A model generated the notes under the pieces. The model was not told the DNA's origin and searched no databases. It was given only the letters and a program-made list of their open reading frames with translations. Below, in pieces: positions 38,251 to 48,131 of a DNA stretch of 64,000 nt. The DNA comes from a virus (lineage: Duplodnaviria; Caudoviricetes): IMG/VR virus record IMGVR_UViG_3300026549_000037, positions 96,001 to 160,000 of that record, one strand, 5' to 3'. Numbering within the stretch: position 1 is the first letter of the stretch; each line of letters opens with the position of its first letter. A program made the translations under genes and the position numbers.

Positions 38251-38496
38251 ATGGAAAAGATTAATTACAAAGATGCTTGTAGGATTATGGAACAGGGAGA
38301 ATTTTGCGAAGTTATGCAATTGTTAAAGGATATGGGCATTAACCCAAAGACATCTGACGGTAATTTTAAAAAGTTTTCTGTTGTACTGGATGAAGTTTCT
38401 AAGTATTTTAATACAAATGGTAGTCAGTATTCAAACAATGTTAAGGAGAATATGAGAGATATTTTCCCATATTCCGCTGTAAAAAGCGCAAAATAA
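38251..38496 (+). CDS. hypothetical protein
   Basis: SD GAGGT. Confidence 0.65.
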   Translation: MEKINYKDACRIMEQGEFCEVMQLLKDMGINPKTSDGNFKKFSVVLDEVSKYFNTNGSQYSNNVKENMRDIFPYSAVKSAK

Positions 38497-38566
38497 TTTA
38501 ATAAACCATTGACAAATAGCCTCCTGTCTGTTATACTGTGTATATCAAAGACAGGAGGTTTTTATT

Positions 38567-38916
38567 GTGAAGCTTACTCGTGAGGTTGATATTTTCCAAT
38601 GCCCCCTTCTATCAAATATTGCTTTATTTCATTCGATATGTTAGAACCAAATACGGTTAAAATCACTGACTATGTGCGTGTTTGGCATGGAGAGATTGAG
38701 CTTGATGGAGTTCCAGAAGGAGTTGAAGAAATCAAGATTCAGAAGGCTGTTTGTGACAAGTGCTTCAGTCATTTCCAAGATGGTCAGGACGAAACCTTTT
38801 TTGGAAGAAGTATTTCAGTTTCTGATATTATTCGTGTTAAAAAGGATAACACTTTTAGTTATTACTATTGCGATTCTTTTGGCTGGAAGTTGATTAAATG
38901 GTTGAAAGCTGATTAA
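38567..38916 (+). CDS. YodL-like protein with apparent frameshift near 38599
   Basis: GRSISVSDII...YYCDSFGW; SD-linked GTG 38567 is out of frame with the body. Confidence 0.6.
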
Positions 38917-38939
38917 AACTTAGCGTATAGGAGGATAAT

Positions 38940-39278
38940 ATGAAAGACAAAACTAAATTGGTAGAAAAGATTTTTGAAGATGAGGATGGCTATATAAAGG
39001 CTTGGGCTCCTTATTTCACTCATAAGATTTTGAATGTATCTGACCCTGAAAACTGGTATCAATCCGATGAAATTATTTGCAAAATGTTTCCTCTTTTTGA
39101 TTGTGAAGATACTGTTCGTATTCTGTTTAAATCTTACGATGATTTTATGATGTATCGCGATTTTGATTATTATAACTTGGATGGTAACTGGGAATTTTGT
39201 ATGAAACATTATTTCAACAAACTTCCCGATACCGTTAACGTTGAATGGCTATATGAACATGGGTATGTACCCTTTTGA
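38940..39278 (+). CDS. hypothetical protein
   Basis: SD AGGAGG. Confidence 0.75.
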   Translation: MKDKTKLVEKIFEDEDGYIKAWAPYFTHKILNVSDPENWYQSDEIICKMFPLFDCEDTVRILFKSYDDFMMYRDFDYYNLDGNWEFCMKHYFNKLPDTVNVEWLYEHGYVPF

Positions 39279-39300
39279 TGGTAAAGAGTTGGAGGTCACT

Positions 39301-39624
39301 ATGAATCATAATATATTTTTTATCACAACGATTAACGTTATGGAAAAGGATGATAAAAAAGTTTTTAATTGGAGAACTCCTTGTTTCCGTTATTCTTTAG
39401 AAGAAGCTAAAAACGTAGTAGAAAAAAATATGTGTGATATTTTTGAATATTGCTATGAATATGCTGTAATTGAAGAACTTGAACCCTGTTTATACCCTGA
39501 ACGCAGGAATGTTTGGTGGTATAAATGGGATAAAGAAAAGGAACAATATTGTCCTGTTGAAAACGATGATACCATCGAAATTCTAAACGAAATGTTCGGT
39601 GAAAAGGTTGTAGAAATTGGATAA
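39301..39624 (+). CDS. hypothetical protein
   Basis: SD GGAGGT. Confidence 0.75.
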   Translation: MNHNIFFITTINVMEKDDKKVFNWRTPCFRYSLEEAKNVVEKNMCDIFEYCYEYAVIEELEPCLYPERRNVWWYKWDKEKEQYCPVENDDTIEILNEMFGEKVVEIG

Positions 39625-40153
39625 AAAATTGGAGGCTGCTATGAATGGGAATAAGTACAACGCTCAGATTTTTCCTAATGGTCATGTGATTATCTTTGAA
39701 CAAAGGCTTCTTGATGAGGCAATTGAAAAGGGAAAAGAGATTCTTCTTGTTTGTGTTAATGCCGATGGGGGCTATGCTTATGCATTAGGCGCAAAATCTT
39801 ATGAGGATTGCATTTACTTGTATTGTCAGGACATTTACAACACTCTTTTTACGTCGGATGAATTAAAGCGTTTTCATGCAGCAATCATTGACGAGGGTGA
39901 AGAAATTATTATGAAAACTGGTTCTCATGCCACTGCTTATCGTTTTAATCGTTTTGTAGATGATAAAAGCGAAATTGAGAATCCAAATGATGAACTTTTT
40001 TGCAAAATGGATGAGGAAAGCACGGTTAAAAATCTTTCTAAGTATTATAATAATGAGGGAGACCCTGATGTTGAAGACTGGAAAGAGCGTGTCTGGGCTT
40101 TGATTCGCTATCATATTGTTTCGGAAGATGCTTTGAAATATTGTGCAGGATAA
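39617..40153 (+). CDS. hypothetical protein
   Basis: ORF; start probably ~39641. Confidence 0.7.
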   Translation: MDKKLEAAMNGNKYNAQIFPNGHVIIFEQRLLDEAIEKGKEILLVCVNADGGYAYALGAKSYEDCIYLYCQDIYNTLFTSDELKRFHAAIIDEGEEIIMKTGSHATAYRFNRFVDDKSEIENPNDELFCKMDEESTVKNLSKYYNNEGDPDVEDWKERVWALIRYHIVSEDALKYCAG

Positions 40154-40173
40154 AGGAAAATAGGAGTGTTTTT

Positions 40174-40416
40174 ATGAAACAAATTGAAAATCTTAAGACT
40201 TATACTCAGGAAGACTTGAGAAAAGATATTGTCAAAGCTCTCTTCGGAGATAACGCAGTTCTTGGTATAGACTATGTTGATTTTCATTACGAACTTGAAA
40301 ATGATGCTGGTCTTGTTGTTAAATTCCGTGATAAAGAATCGCCTTTTGCAACTAAGACCTTTATCATTAGAATTGAAGATGCGGCTAATAAGGAAGTTGT
40401 TAAGGAGGAAATTTAA
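40174..40416 (+). CDS. hypothetical protein
   Basis: SD AGGAG. Confidence 0.7.
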   Translation: MKQIENLKTYTQEDLRKDIVKALFGDNAVLGIDYVDFHYELENDAGLVVKFRDKESPFATKTFIIRIEDAANKEVVKEEI

Positions 40417-40745
40417 TGGATTACGAATACTCTCAATCTGAAAACTTAACTTATGCAAAAAATAAAGACCCCATGTATGATGATGATATTCTTTGTAATA
40501 ATCATTTCAATGGTCTTTCTTATAAGGAACTTCTTAATCTTTGGGATGCTCTTAAGGACTTCTATAAGCGCGGTTATATTTTGAAGGACAGTCCTCTTGA
40601 GCCTTATCGCAAAGAATTTTGCGGAAAAAATATCAATGGACTTTCGGATATGCAAAGAGAATTGCTTACAATTCTTTCTGTTAAATTTATCAATTTGGCT
40701 CTTACAGAAGATTGCCCTCATATGATTATCAGTTTCGGCGAATAG
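40416..40745 (+). CDS. hypothetical protein (ends in TAG)
   Basis: SD AAGGAGG. Confidence 0.7.
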   Translation: MDYEYSQSENLTYAKNKDPMYDDDILCNNHFNGLSYKELLNLWDALKDFYKRGYILKDSPLEPYRKEFCGKNINGLSDMQRELLTILSVKFINLALTEDCPHMIISFGE

Positions 40746-40884
40746 GAGATAAAGAAAGTTAGGAGCTTATTATGTATAACACACCTGTCAGAATTGATTC
40801 TACAATAGTCGCAAGCCGCCTTAAAATGGCTCGTGAAAATAAAGGATATTCTAAAGTTAGGGTAAAAGGAGTTAATTAAAAGAT

Positions 40885-41169
40885 ATGTATATCATCGGAT
40901 TAATCTATCAAAATATTTTTACTGGGGTTTTTAATACTCTTTATGTAGATTGTAATTATGCGTTAACTCCTCATTTTAAGAACGCTCTTCTCTTTGCTAA
41001 AGCTCGTCGTGCTGAAAAAGGTTTTAAAAACCATAAGCAAAAAATTCTTTTTGACGCTAATCGCTATTCTGGTAAGGTAAAAGAAGTTCGTATTTTTCAG
41101 GTAGGTCTTATTCCTATTGAAACTTTAGCAGATACATATAATTTTACTGCGGGATTTTTGGAAGATTGA
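40885..41169 (+). CDS. hypothetical protein
   Basis: ORF with SD. Confidence 0.7.
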   Translation: MYIIGLIYQNIFTGVFNTLYVDCNYALTPHFKNALLFAKARRAEKGFKNHKQKILFDANRYSGKVKEVRIFQVGLIPIETLADTYNFTAGFLED

Positions 41170-41334
41170 AAGATGGAGAAAAAAGTAAAACAGGTAGTTT
41201 ATCTTATGTGATACAATCAAGTTTGTAACAAACTTAAATATTACTTGACAAATTAAACTTTATATGTTATAATTGTAGACAGAGATTGGTGTAGTCTCTG
41301 TCTACTTTTTGTTTTTAAGGGAGACTTTATATAG

Positions 41335-42753
41335 ATGTACGATTACGAAACAATAAAGCGTAATTTCGAGGGAAACACTAAAATGCTTTCTCATAAAGAA
41401 ATGTGTGCTAAAATGGGAGAGAAATATAATTCTAATCCCGCTCAAATAGAGCGTCAAAGAGAACGTTGGAAACAAATTATTTCTTGGAAATATAATAAAT
41501 CTAAAAAATCTTATTATGCTATTAAATTGTTTTCAGAAGAAGAAATTGTTTTCAATTTAATTGAAAGTAGTAGTAAAGATAAATTAAGTTATGCTATGTG
41601 TGCTTTTTTACTCTTGTATTCTGATTGCACTGATGATATGGTATTACATACCTCTTTTGCCGAACTTGAACGCAGCATGGGCTTTATTAATGAGAAATTT
41701 AATGTAGCTCGTTTTAATCCTCAACAGGCTCAGTTTGATTGTGAAACAGAATTGCTTTCCTTACAAAATTCACGCCATTTAGGATTAGAAGAAAATAAAA
41801 AAGCTATTCGTTTAGCAAGAGAAAAAAATCCTAATGGCATAGCTTTAGAAAATAAAAAACCTGTAAATGATTTCTTTTCTCGTTATTCTGGAAATGCAAA
41901 AGATAGAATTATAGCTACTTTAAATGAGCTCAAGAAAAATAAAGTGCTTAATTATCGTGAAGCTCAATGTGGTGGTTTTATTGATTTAAATAATCCTATC
42001 TTGAAAGAGCATTTAGATGATGTTTATTGTGATGGCGGTTCTTGGTTTTATCTCGTAAAAACTGTTAATGAAAATGGAGAAGAAAAACAAACTCGTATTT
42101 TTGTCCCTTATGCGGATAGATTGTTGTCGGAAACAGAAGAGGCAAAATATTTAAATATTCAAAATAAATATTCCAGAGAATTGGGATATAGAGATTATGG
42201 CAAAGCTTGTGAAAAAGGTGCTTGGGTAGAAGTTAATAAAAAGTCTCAAAAAGAATTACGAGAAACTTTAGGTTTGTTGTATGTTCGTCCTGCTGTTACT
42301 ATTTTGTTCTCTCCGTCAGGCTTAAGTGGAAATCAAGAATATTACAAGAAAAGTTTGCAAGAAAGTTTTAGCATTCCTTTTTTAAATGATACTGTTCAAG
42401 AAAATAATAAAATAGAACAAAAGAATTTTTTTCTTAATCTTAAGAAAAGACAAGAAAACGAAGAACCTGACACAAAAAAGAAAATTGGAGCTAAATGGTC
42501 TGATTCTGTTTGGGAAGATTTGAAAAAAACTCAGGCTATGTATACTTTAGTCCAAAAAAGATTAGCTAAAGAATATTTAGATGTAACAGATATAAAATAT
42601 CTCCCTGAAATTGATAGCGGAGATTGTACTGAAATTGTTGATTATATGTCTGATGGCGTAGAAATGATTAGAGATAATCAATGGCTTAAAGTTTTTGATA
42701 ACAGTAATAGAAGAAGAAAAAATTATAAGGAAACTTTTGGCGTGGATAGTTAA
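41335..42753 (+). CDS. large hypothetical protein adjacent to origin-like region
   Basis: 472-aa ORF with its own promoter (~41246-41274). Confidence 0.85.
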   Translation: MYDYETIKRNFEGNTKMLSHKEMCAKMGEKYNSNPAQIERQRERWKQIISWKYNKSKKSYYAIKLFSEEEIVFNLIESSSKDKLSYAMCAFLLLYSDCTDDMVLHTSFAELERSMGFINEKFNVARFNPQQAQFDCETELLSLQNSRHLGLEENKKAIRLAREKNPNGIALENKKPVNDFFSRYSGNAKDRIIATLNELKKNKVLNYREAQCGGFIDLNNPILKEHLDDVYCDGGSWFYLVKTVNENGEEKQTRIFVPYADRLLSETEEAKYLNIQNKYSRELGYRDYGKACEKGAWVEVNKKSQKELRETLGLLYVRPAVTILFSPSGLSGNQEYYKKSLQESFSIPFLNDTVQENNKIEQKNFFLNLKKRQENEEPDTKKKIGAKWSDSVWEDLKKTQAMYTLVQKRLAKEYLDVTDIKYLPEIDSGDCTEIVDYMSDGVEMIRDNQWLKVFDNSNRRRKNYKETFGVDS

Positions 42754-42856
42754 TACTTCTGTCTCTGGATAGTCTGTATTTCCAACTCAATATTTCCAAC
42801 TTGTTTAGCCCCCATTAAGCAACTTGCTCTTTTTTAGCCTTCAACGAATCTTTATT

Positions 42857-42990
42857 TTTCCCTTATTTTATAAGGCTTTAGAACAATTTCAAAAATACTC
42901 ACAGCCTTATATATATTATTATTATATTTATATTATAGGTTGTGAGTATTTTTGGAAAGTCAATTTTCCCTTATAAAATAAGGCTTTAAA
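42857..42990. repeat. palindrome around an AT-only core, flanked by direct repeats; candidate origin
   Basis: AAAAATACTCACAGCCT-(AT-only)-AGGTTGTGAGTATTTTT between two TTTCCCTTAT...ATAAGGCTTTA copies. Confidence 0.6.
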
Positions 42991-43522
42991 GCAATTTCGT
43001 TGACGCTCTTTTTTTGACATTTTGCTGCTTGACTGTTTTTTGATTGAAAAGTATAGTTTTTATCTTCCTTCGCTTGCACATTTATTTGTAGTGAAAAAAA
43101 TGTCACTCCGCTTTGCTTTGCTCCATTTTCTTTCCCTACAAAAAATGTGTCTGCGCTTGCTTTCTTTTATAGATGTTTCCACGTCCTTGTTTTTGCTACT
43201 GGAAAATATCCTTCGCTGCGCTCGGACTTGTCCACTCCGTAAAAATGCAAGCATTTTTATCGTCGTGTCCTGCGCTCTTACGAGTATTTACCAGTTATGC
43301 TGCGCTCCACAGGAGCTTGCATATTTCTTTATAAAAAAGGAAAATTAAAGAAAAATTATAGAGATTTTTATATTTCTCTTGACATTCTGTGAACCTTGTG
43401 GTATTATTATCGTAGGAAATGGAATGTAAGTGAAATGGATGGTGTTCTTAGAGTTTTAGGAATGAGCGTAGCGAATGACGCTAAACTCTTTAGAACACCC
43501 CAGTTTCAGGAGATGTAAAACA

Positions 43523-43966
43523 ATGTGTAATAATATGGAAAAGATAACAGTATTTGATATAGAAACTGTGATTTCTTGGTGTGCTGATGTTGTGGAAGAA
43601 TATGAAACAATAAAGAAAGAGGGCTATTCTTTTGAGGATAGTGAAGAGAGTAAAAGAAAAGAAGAGTATATGAAATGTTGTGAAGATTTGTTAGAAGAAT
43701 GCATCTTCTTAAACGAGGATGTGGCTTTTGATGTGTTGATGAATAAGAATAATAAAAATATTAGTAAGAATAGTAAGAATAGTAAGAAGAGTGGAATTAA
43801 AATAAGGAAACTTGAAGATGCGAATGGCTGTGGTCCTTGGGTTGTTGAATGGGAGGAAAATATGAAAAAAATAAGAGAGGGTAGAAGTGGAAAATATGTT
43901 TTTGGAAGTAGTGGAGAAGAAGTTTTGGAATGGATGAGTAAAAGTAAGTGTTGGTGGCTGTATTAA
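43523..43966 (+). CDS. hypothetical protein
   Basis: SD AGGAG. Confidence 0.7.
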   Translation: MCNNMEKITVFDIETVISWCADVVEEYETIKKEGYSFEDSEESKRKEEYMKCCEDLLEECIFLNEDVAFDVLMNKNNKNISKNSKNSKKSGIKIRKLEDANGCGPWVVEWEENMKKIREGRSGKYVFGSSGEEVLEWMSKSKCWWLY

Positions 43967-43998
43967 GTTAAGTAAAAGTAGGGTGGAGGATATTTGAA

Positions 43999-44628
43999 AT
44001 GTATGAAACAGATTTTACTAAAGGTGTTTATAAGTTAGAGGATTTCTGCAATGCTTTGAAAGACAATAATTGTATTGTCGTGCGAAATGTATTTAATGAT
44101 TGGCAAACTCTTGTGGGTAGCACAAAGTATGATAGCATTAAATACGTTATTACTACTGTGCATGATGAACTGAAATTCGGTTTCTGGATTGCTTGTAAGT
44201 ACGATTTGATTATTACAGATTATGCTAAACAGCGATGGTTGGATTTCTTTTGTCTTAGTAAAGAAACAGAAAATATTTGGGAAAGATTGCTGTTCCAAAG
44301 TGCTGTGAAGCCTGTGGAGAAAGATTATTGGAATAAAATTAAGTCTGTCAATGTCAATTTAAAGCAGAGCTTTAAAATAGATGAAGTTCTTGAGCTTATC
44401 AAAAAGAATTTAAAGAACCTAAATAAATCAGAAGATTCTCTTGATATGATGCAGGATATTCTCGATTTGCAAAGCATGAAAATGCTTATGAAAAATAATG
44501 AGAAGATTTATTTTGCTGGTAATCGTTGGTGTATTGAGGTTGAATCTTTTGGTGAAGTTAATAAATGGACTTTACCTAAGTGGATTGGAGATTTGTTGAA
44601 TGATGAGTGTGATGAGTGTAAAGCGTAA
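43999..44628 (+). CDS. hypothetical protein
   Basis: SD GGAGG. Confidence 0.75.
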   Translation: MYETDFTKGVYKLEDFCNALKDNNCIVVRNVFNDWQTLVGSTKYDSIKYVITTVHDELKFGFWIACKYDLIITDYAKQRWLDFFCLSKETENIWERLLFQSAVKPVEKDYWNKIKSVNVNLKQSFKIDEVLELIKKNLKNLNKSEDSLDMMQDILDLQSMKMLMKNNEKIYFAGNRWCIEVESFGEVNKWTLPKWIGDLLNDECDECKA

Positions 44629-45103
44629 GTTTACTATTGATGAAGTTATTAACTTAGCAGAAAATTGTTATTCAGTTGGCTCTGCCAACTGGCTTCGAGC
44701 ACAGTTCGAAGATTATGTTACTGTTGATGATGTTGCTGATTTGTGTGTTTTGAGAGACATTGGCTTTGAGAATGTCAGGTGGGTTAAGGACATTTTTGAA
44801 GAGCTCGGTGGTTGCTGGATTGCTGAAAAGATTGAGCATGAAGTTGATGGAGATAAACATGGTGGTATGTTAGTATGTTTGAGTGTAAGAGTCGGAAGAA
44901 TGCTTGACGAATACTGTAAGAAAGAAAGCAAGAACGAGAATGACAGAATTAGAAATAAGGTTGAGGATTTAATGTATGACTTGCTTGATAGTCTTAACAA
45001 GTGGAATGGGAACAATATGCGAAATGTAAATAGAATTATTCTTGTCCTTGAAGATTTGGAGAATATTTTTAAGAGGATTAGGGATAAGCAGATAGAGAGG
45101 TAA
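44600..45103 (+). CDS. hypothetical protein
   Basis: Operon-coupled ORF. Confidence 0.7.
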   Translation: MMSVMSVKRKFTIDEVINLAENCYSVGSANWLRAQFEDYVTVDDVADLCVLRDIGFENVRWVKDIFEELGGCWIAEKIEHEVDGDKHGGMLVCLSVRVGRMLDEYCKKESKNENDRIRNKVEDLMYDLLDSLNKWNGNNMRNVNRIILVLEDLENIFKRIRDKQIER

Positions 45104-45415
45104 AAGGTAAAAATGTTTTTGGACATTGAATATGTTATTGCAGTCTGTGAATGTATAATTCATTTTAACGAAGGTTATCCTTTTGATAAAAAGTATATTG
45201 ATGAGGGATAAATTATGGATGAAACAATTAAGCAAATATTAGAAAATCAAGAAGCTATTTTGGCGGGAGTCAGCGCACTACTTACTCCACATTGCAAAGG
45301 TGCGATGGATGTTAATGGAGAAACTTGGACGAATGTAAAAATGATTGACTGCTATCACAAGACAAGAAAATTACTTGGTAAAGAATAACAACATTATAAG
45401 TACGGGGGTATAGCC

Positions 45416-45814
45416 ATGAGAGATATATTGTTTCGCGGAAAGCGCGTTGACAATGGCGAATGGATTTGCGGTAATTTGTATCAATGCGAAGAGGATTCTG
45501 AAGGATATGTTAGAAATCTTATAACTCCAAAAAGTCGAAATGGAAGCCCGTATATGGTAGATGACAATACAATCGGACAATATACAGGGCTGATAGACAA
45601 GAACGGAAAGCGCGTGTATGAAAACGACATAGTGAATTGTAAAACAAAGACATATTTGTTTGAAGGATATACTATTGAATGGTATAACGAAGATGCAAGA
45701 TTTGTTATAGTGCAAAATGGTAGAAGATACGCCGTTTCAGAAAGTTTTGAGTATGAGGTTGTGGGCAACGTTTACGATAACCACAATATGCTGACAGATA
45801 AGGGCGAGGGATAA
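45416..45814 (+). CDS. YopX family protein
   Basis: MRDILFRGK...GQYTGL.DKNGK..YENDIV...EVVGNVYDN. Confidence 0.9.
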   Translation: MRDILFRGKRVDNGEWICGNLYQCEEDSEGYVRNLITPKSRNGSPYMVDDNTIGQYTGLIDKNGKRVYENDIVNCKTKTYLFEGYTIEWYNEDARFVIVQNGRRYAVSESFEYEVVGNVYDNHNMLTDKGEG

Positions 45815-46420
45815 TTCCCCCGCCCTTTGTATTGAAAATTACAAGGATTTACTGGAAGAATGTATTTGTTTGAACGAGAGTGTGTTTCTGAAAGATAAGA
45901 GTATCAAGATTCGTAAAGTGGATTTTGATGGTGAAAATATCTGGATTGGTGAGTGGGAAGAGATGAATGATAGAATGAGAGATGGTATGGTTGGATATTA
46001 TAGGTTTGGTGTGAGTGGACAGAAAGTTTTGAATGAGATTGAAAATAATAAAAATTATGGAAGAGATTGGGTAAAAATGTGACTTTTGCAACAATTGTTA
46101 TATTTGCAACAGTCGGTTTGTGGAAATCTCAGCCTGCTGGAAACACTCGTCTCCCGATATATCGGTTGCCGATATAGTGTAATCTGGTTCTTTTTAGGGG
46201 AGGAAGAGAGTGCAACACCAAGCATCTTGTTAAAAAAATTTTTTCTCACAAGTTTCTTGTAAATTCCCAAATTCTCATAAAAATCCCTTAAATTTCCATA
46301 AAACCCCATAAAAATTTCTAAAACTCTCTTGACAAAAGCACTTCTATACATTATAATATATATATCCTAAATGATATGAACATTATGTTTTCATTATGTT
46401 TTATGGAGGTGTTTCACACA

Positions 46421-46777
46421 ATGCCAGTAAATCCGATTCGTATATCTTCACACGCAAAGCTTCGTTTTTCATCTCGTTTATCAATAACCCATAAGTCAGA
46501 GGTTTTAACTTTAACAAAGGCAGCACGTTCAAAGGGACTTCCTATCCACACATTAAATATTTCGAATTACAATGGATGTTACAAGGACAAGTTTAATCTA
46601 ACCTATCCAGAGTTTTTAGCTCTTAAAAACAGGGTGTATTTCAAATCAAATGCGACAAAGGCGTATTATTATAAAGGACACATTTTCATTTTTGAGGGGA
46701 AGAGCTCAAAGACCCTGACAACGGTATATCCTATTAATGTAAGTGGGTATGAAGGTAAGGAACAGCCTAAATTTTAA
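46421..46777 (+). CDS. hypothetical basic protein
   Basis: SD GGAGGTG; SSHAKLR...IFIF...LTTVYP. Confidence 0.75.
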   Translation: MPVNPIRISSHAKLRFSSRLSITHKSEVLTLTKAARSKGLPIHTLNISNYNGCYKDKFNLTYPEFLALKNRVYFKSNATKAYYYKGHIFIFEGKSSKTLTTVYPINVSGYEGKEQPKF

Positions 46778-46874
46778 ATAAGGATTAAAAGGTTTGAGGT
46801 CAAAGGTATTCCGTATTAATTAAGCTCAAATTATTTTTTATTTTATTTTATTTAAAGGAGACAAAGAAAGTTAA

Positions 46875-47285
46875 ATGCCGAACATATATAAGCAGAGGAA
46901 CAAGCTAAATCAGCTTGCATTGAAGAAGCAGAAGGAGTTTCCTACTCTATGTTGTATTAAGCCTATTAAGGGCTTTATTGAAGTAGGAGAAAAGGCTAAT
47001 ATTTTTAATTTATTTAGGGATAAAGGTTCAGAGGACATTTATAATGCGGGAGAAAAGTCGAAAGAAACTTTGTACCAAGTAATTAAAGAAAATCATAAAG
47101 CAGGAGATGCACAACCTTTTCTCACAGCAAATGAAGTAAAGGAGTATTTTGATATTACTCCCGTCATTGAAAAAGGGCTGAATATTGAAGATGCGCAAAT
47201 TGTATTTCGAGTGGCTGACAATAGTAAGAATAAGAGACCTGTGTTAACCAAGGAAGAATTTGCCAAATCTCTTGACAACGAATAA
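46875..47285 (+). CDS. hypothetical protein
   Basis: SD AAGGAG. Confidence 0.75.
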   Translation: MPNIYKQRNKLNQLALKKQKEFPTLCCIKPIKGFIEVGEKANIFNLFRDKGSEDIYNAGEKSKETLYQVIKENHKAGDAQPFLTANEVKEYFDITPVIEKGLNIEDAQIVFRVADNSKNKRPVLTKEEFAKSLDNE

Positions 47286-47345
47286 ATAATATGTTATAAT
47301 AGGTTCATGCTGAAAAGTATGAGCCTATTTGTATTGTAGTAAGAG

Positions 47346-47645
47346 GTGGATAGAATGATATATGTTCCAGATGTGGGCGTAAAAGTTGATTTGGATAGAT
47401 TAAATAAGATAAAAAGAAATTATATTCCAAACAAGCCTGTAATAGTCTACAGTCGAGAGGCTGCGAACAAATTACTTCAACAAGGATTTCAAATTATAGC
47501 TGTTGAAAAGAATCTTAAACGAGATGGAGATGCAAGTATATTTTTATTTAACCCTGATAATGGAAAGACATACTCAGCACTCTGTAAAATTTTAAAGGAG
47601 ATGAGCGAATCAAAAAATAATCTAAAAGAAAATCTAAAAAAATAA
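47346..47645 (+). CDS. hypothetical protein
   Basis: ORF with upstream promoter. Confidence 0.7.
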   Translation: MDRMIYVPDVGVKVDLDRLNKIKRNYIPNKPVIVYSREAANKLLQQGFQIIAVEKNLKRDGDASIFLFNPDNGKTYSALCKILKEMSESKNNLKENLKK

Positions 47646-47669
47646 TTCCAAAAGCCAAAAAAGCTCAAT

Positions 47670-47860
47670 GCAGAGGTTCACAGAGAGCCTTGACTTTAAT
47701 TTTATCAAAAAGCAGAGGTTCACACAGAACCTTTGGAATGCAAAGCAGAGGTTCAGAATGAACCTTGACTTACCCCATTTTAAAGCAGAGGTTCACACAG
47801 AACCTTGACCAAAAGTTCACAGAGAGCCTTGACAACGTTGCAGAGGTTCATCCAGAACTT
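47670..47860. repeat. six ~25-bp iteron-like repeats
   Basis: GCAGAGGTTCA-N4-GARCCTTGAC variants at ~47670, 47712, 47745, 47785, 47811, 47840. Confidence 0.8.
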
Positions 47861-48131
47861 CTGGTCACATTGATTTTTCCCTTATATTTCAAGGGAAAAA
47901 TGACCATTTTTTGACCCCTAATAACCTTATATATAATAACCGTAAAATATTTAATATATATAGGGTCGCCTACGGCTCCCCTTTTCCGTCCTTACGGACT
48001 CTATAAGCATGAGATATAAAATTGTGAATGCATCGGGTTATATTTTAGGGTTAGTATGATAAGGGTGTACAATGGTGGTTATATTAAACTGAACAGTAAT
48101 GTTTCTGAGACTAAAGGAGATTAATAAAAAG

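Noticed and set aside
40743-40865. TAG readthrough extension of 40416..40745
   Set aside because: Extension has a second TAG and overlaps another SD-led small ORF; cannot be decided without homologs
43022-43348. 108-aa ORF
   Set aside because: No SD, atypical composition, lies in a repeat-rich non-coding region
47670-47860. CRISPR array
   Set aside because: Repeats are degenerate, spacers short and irregular (~1-17 nt), no cas genes in the window
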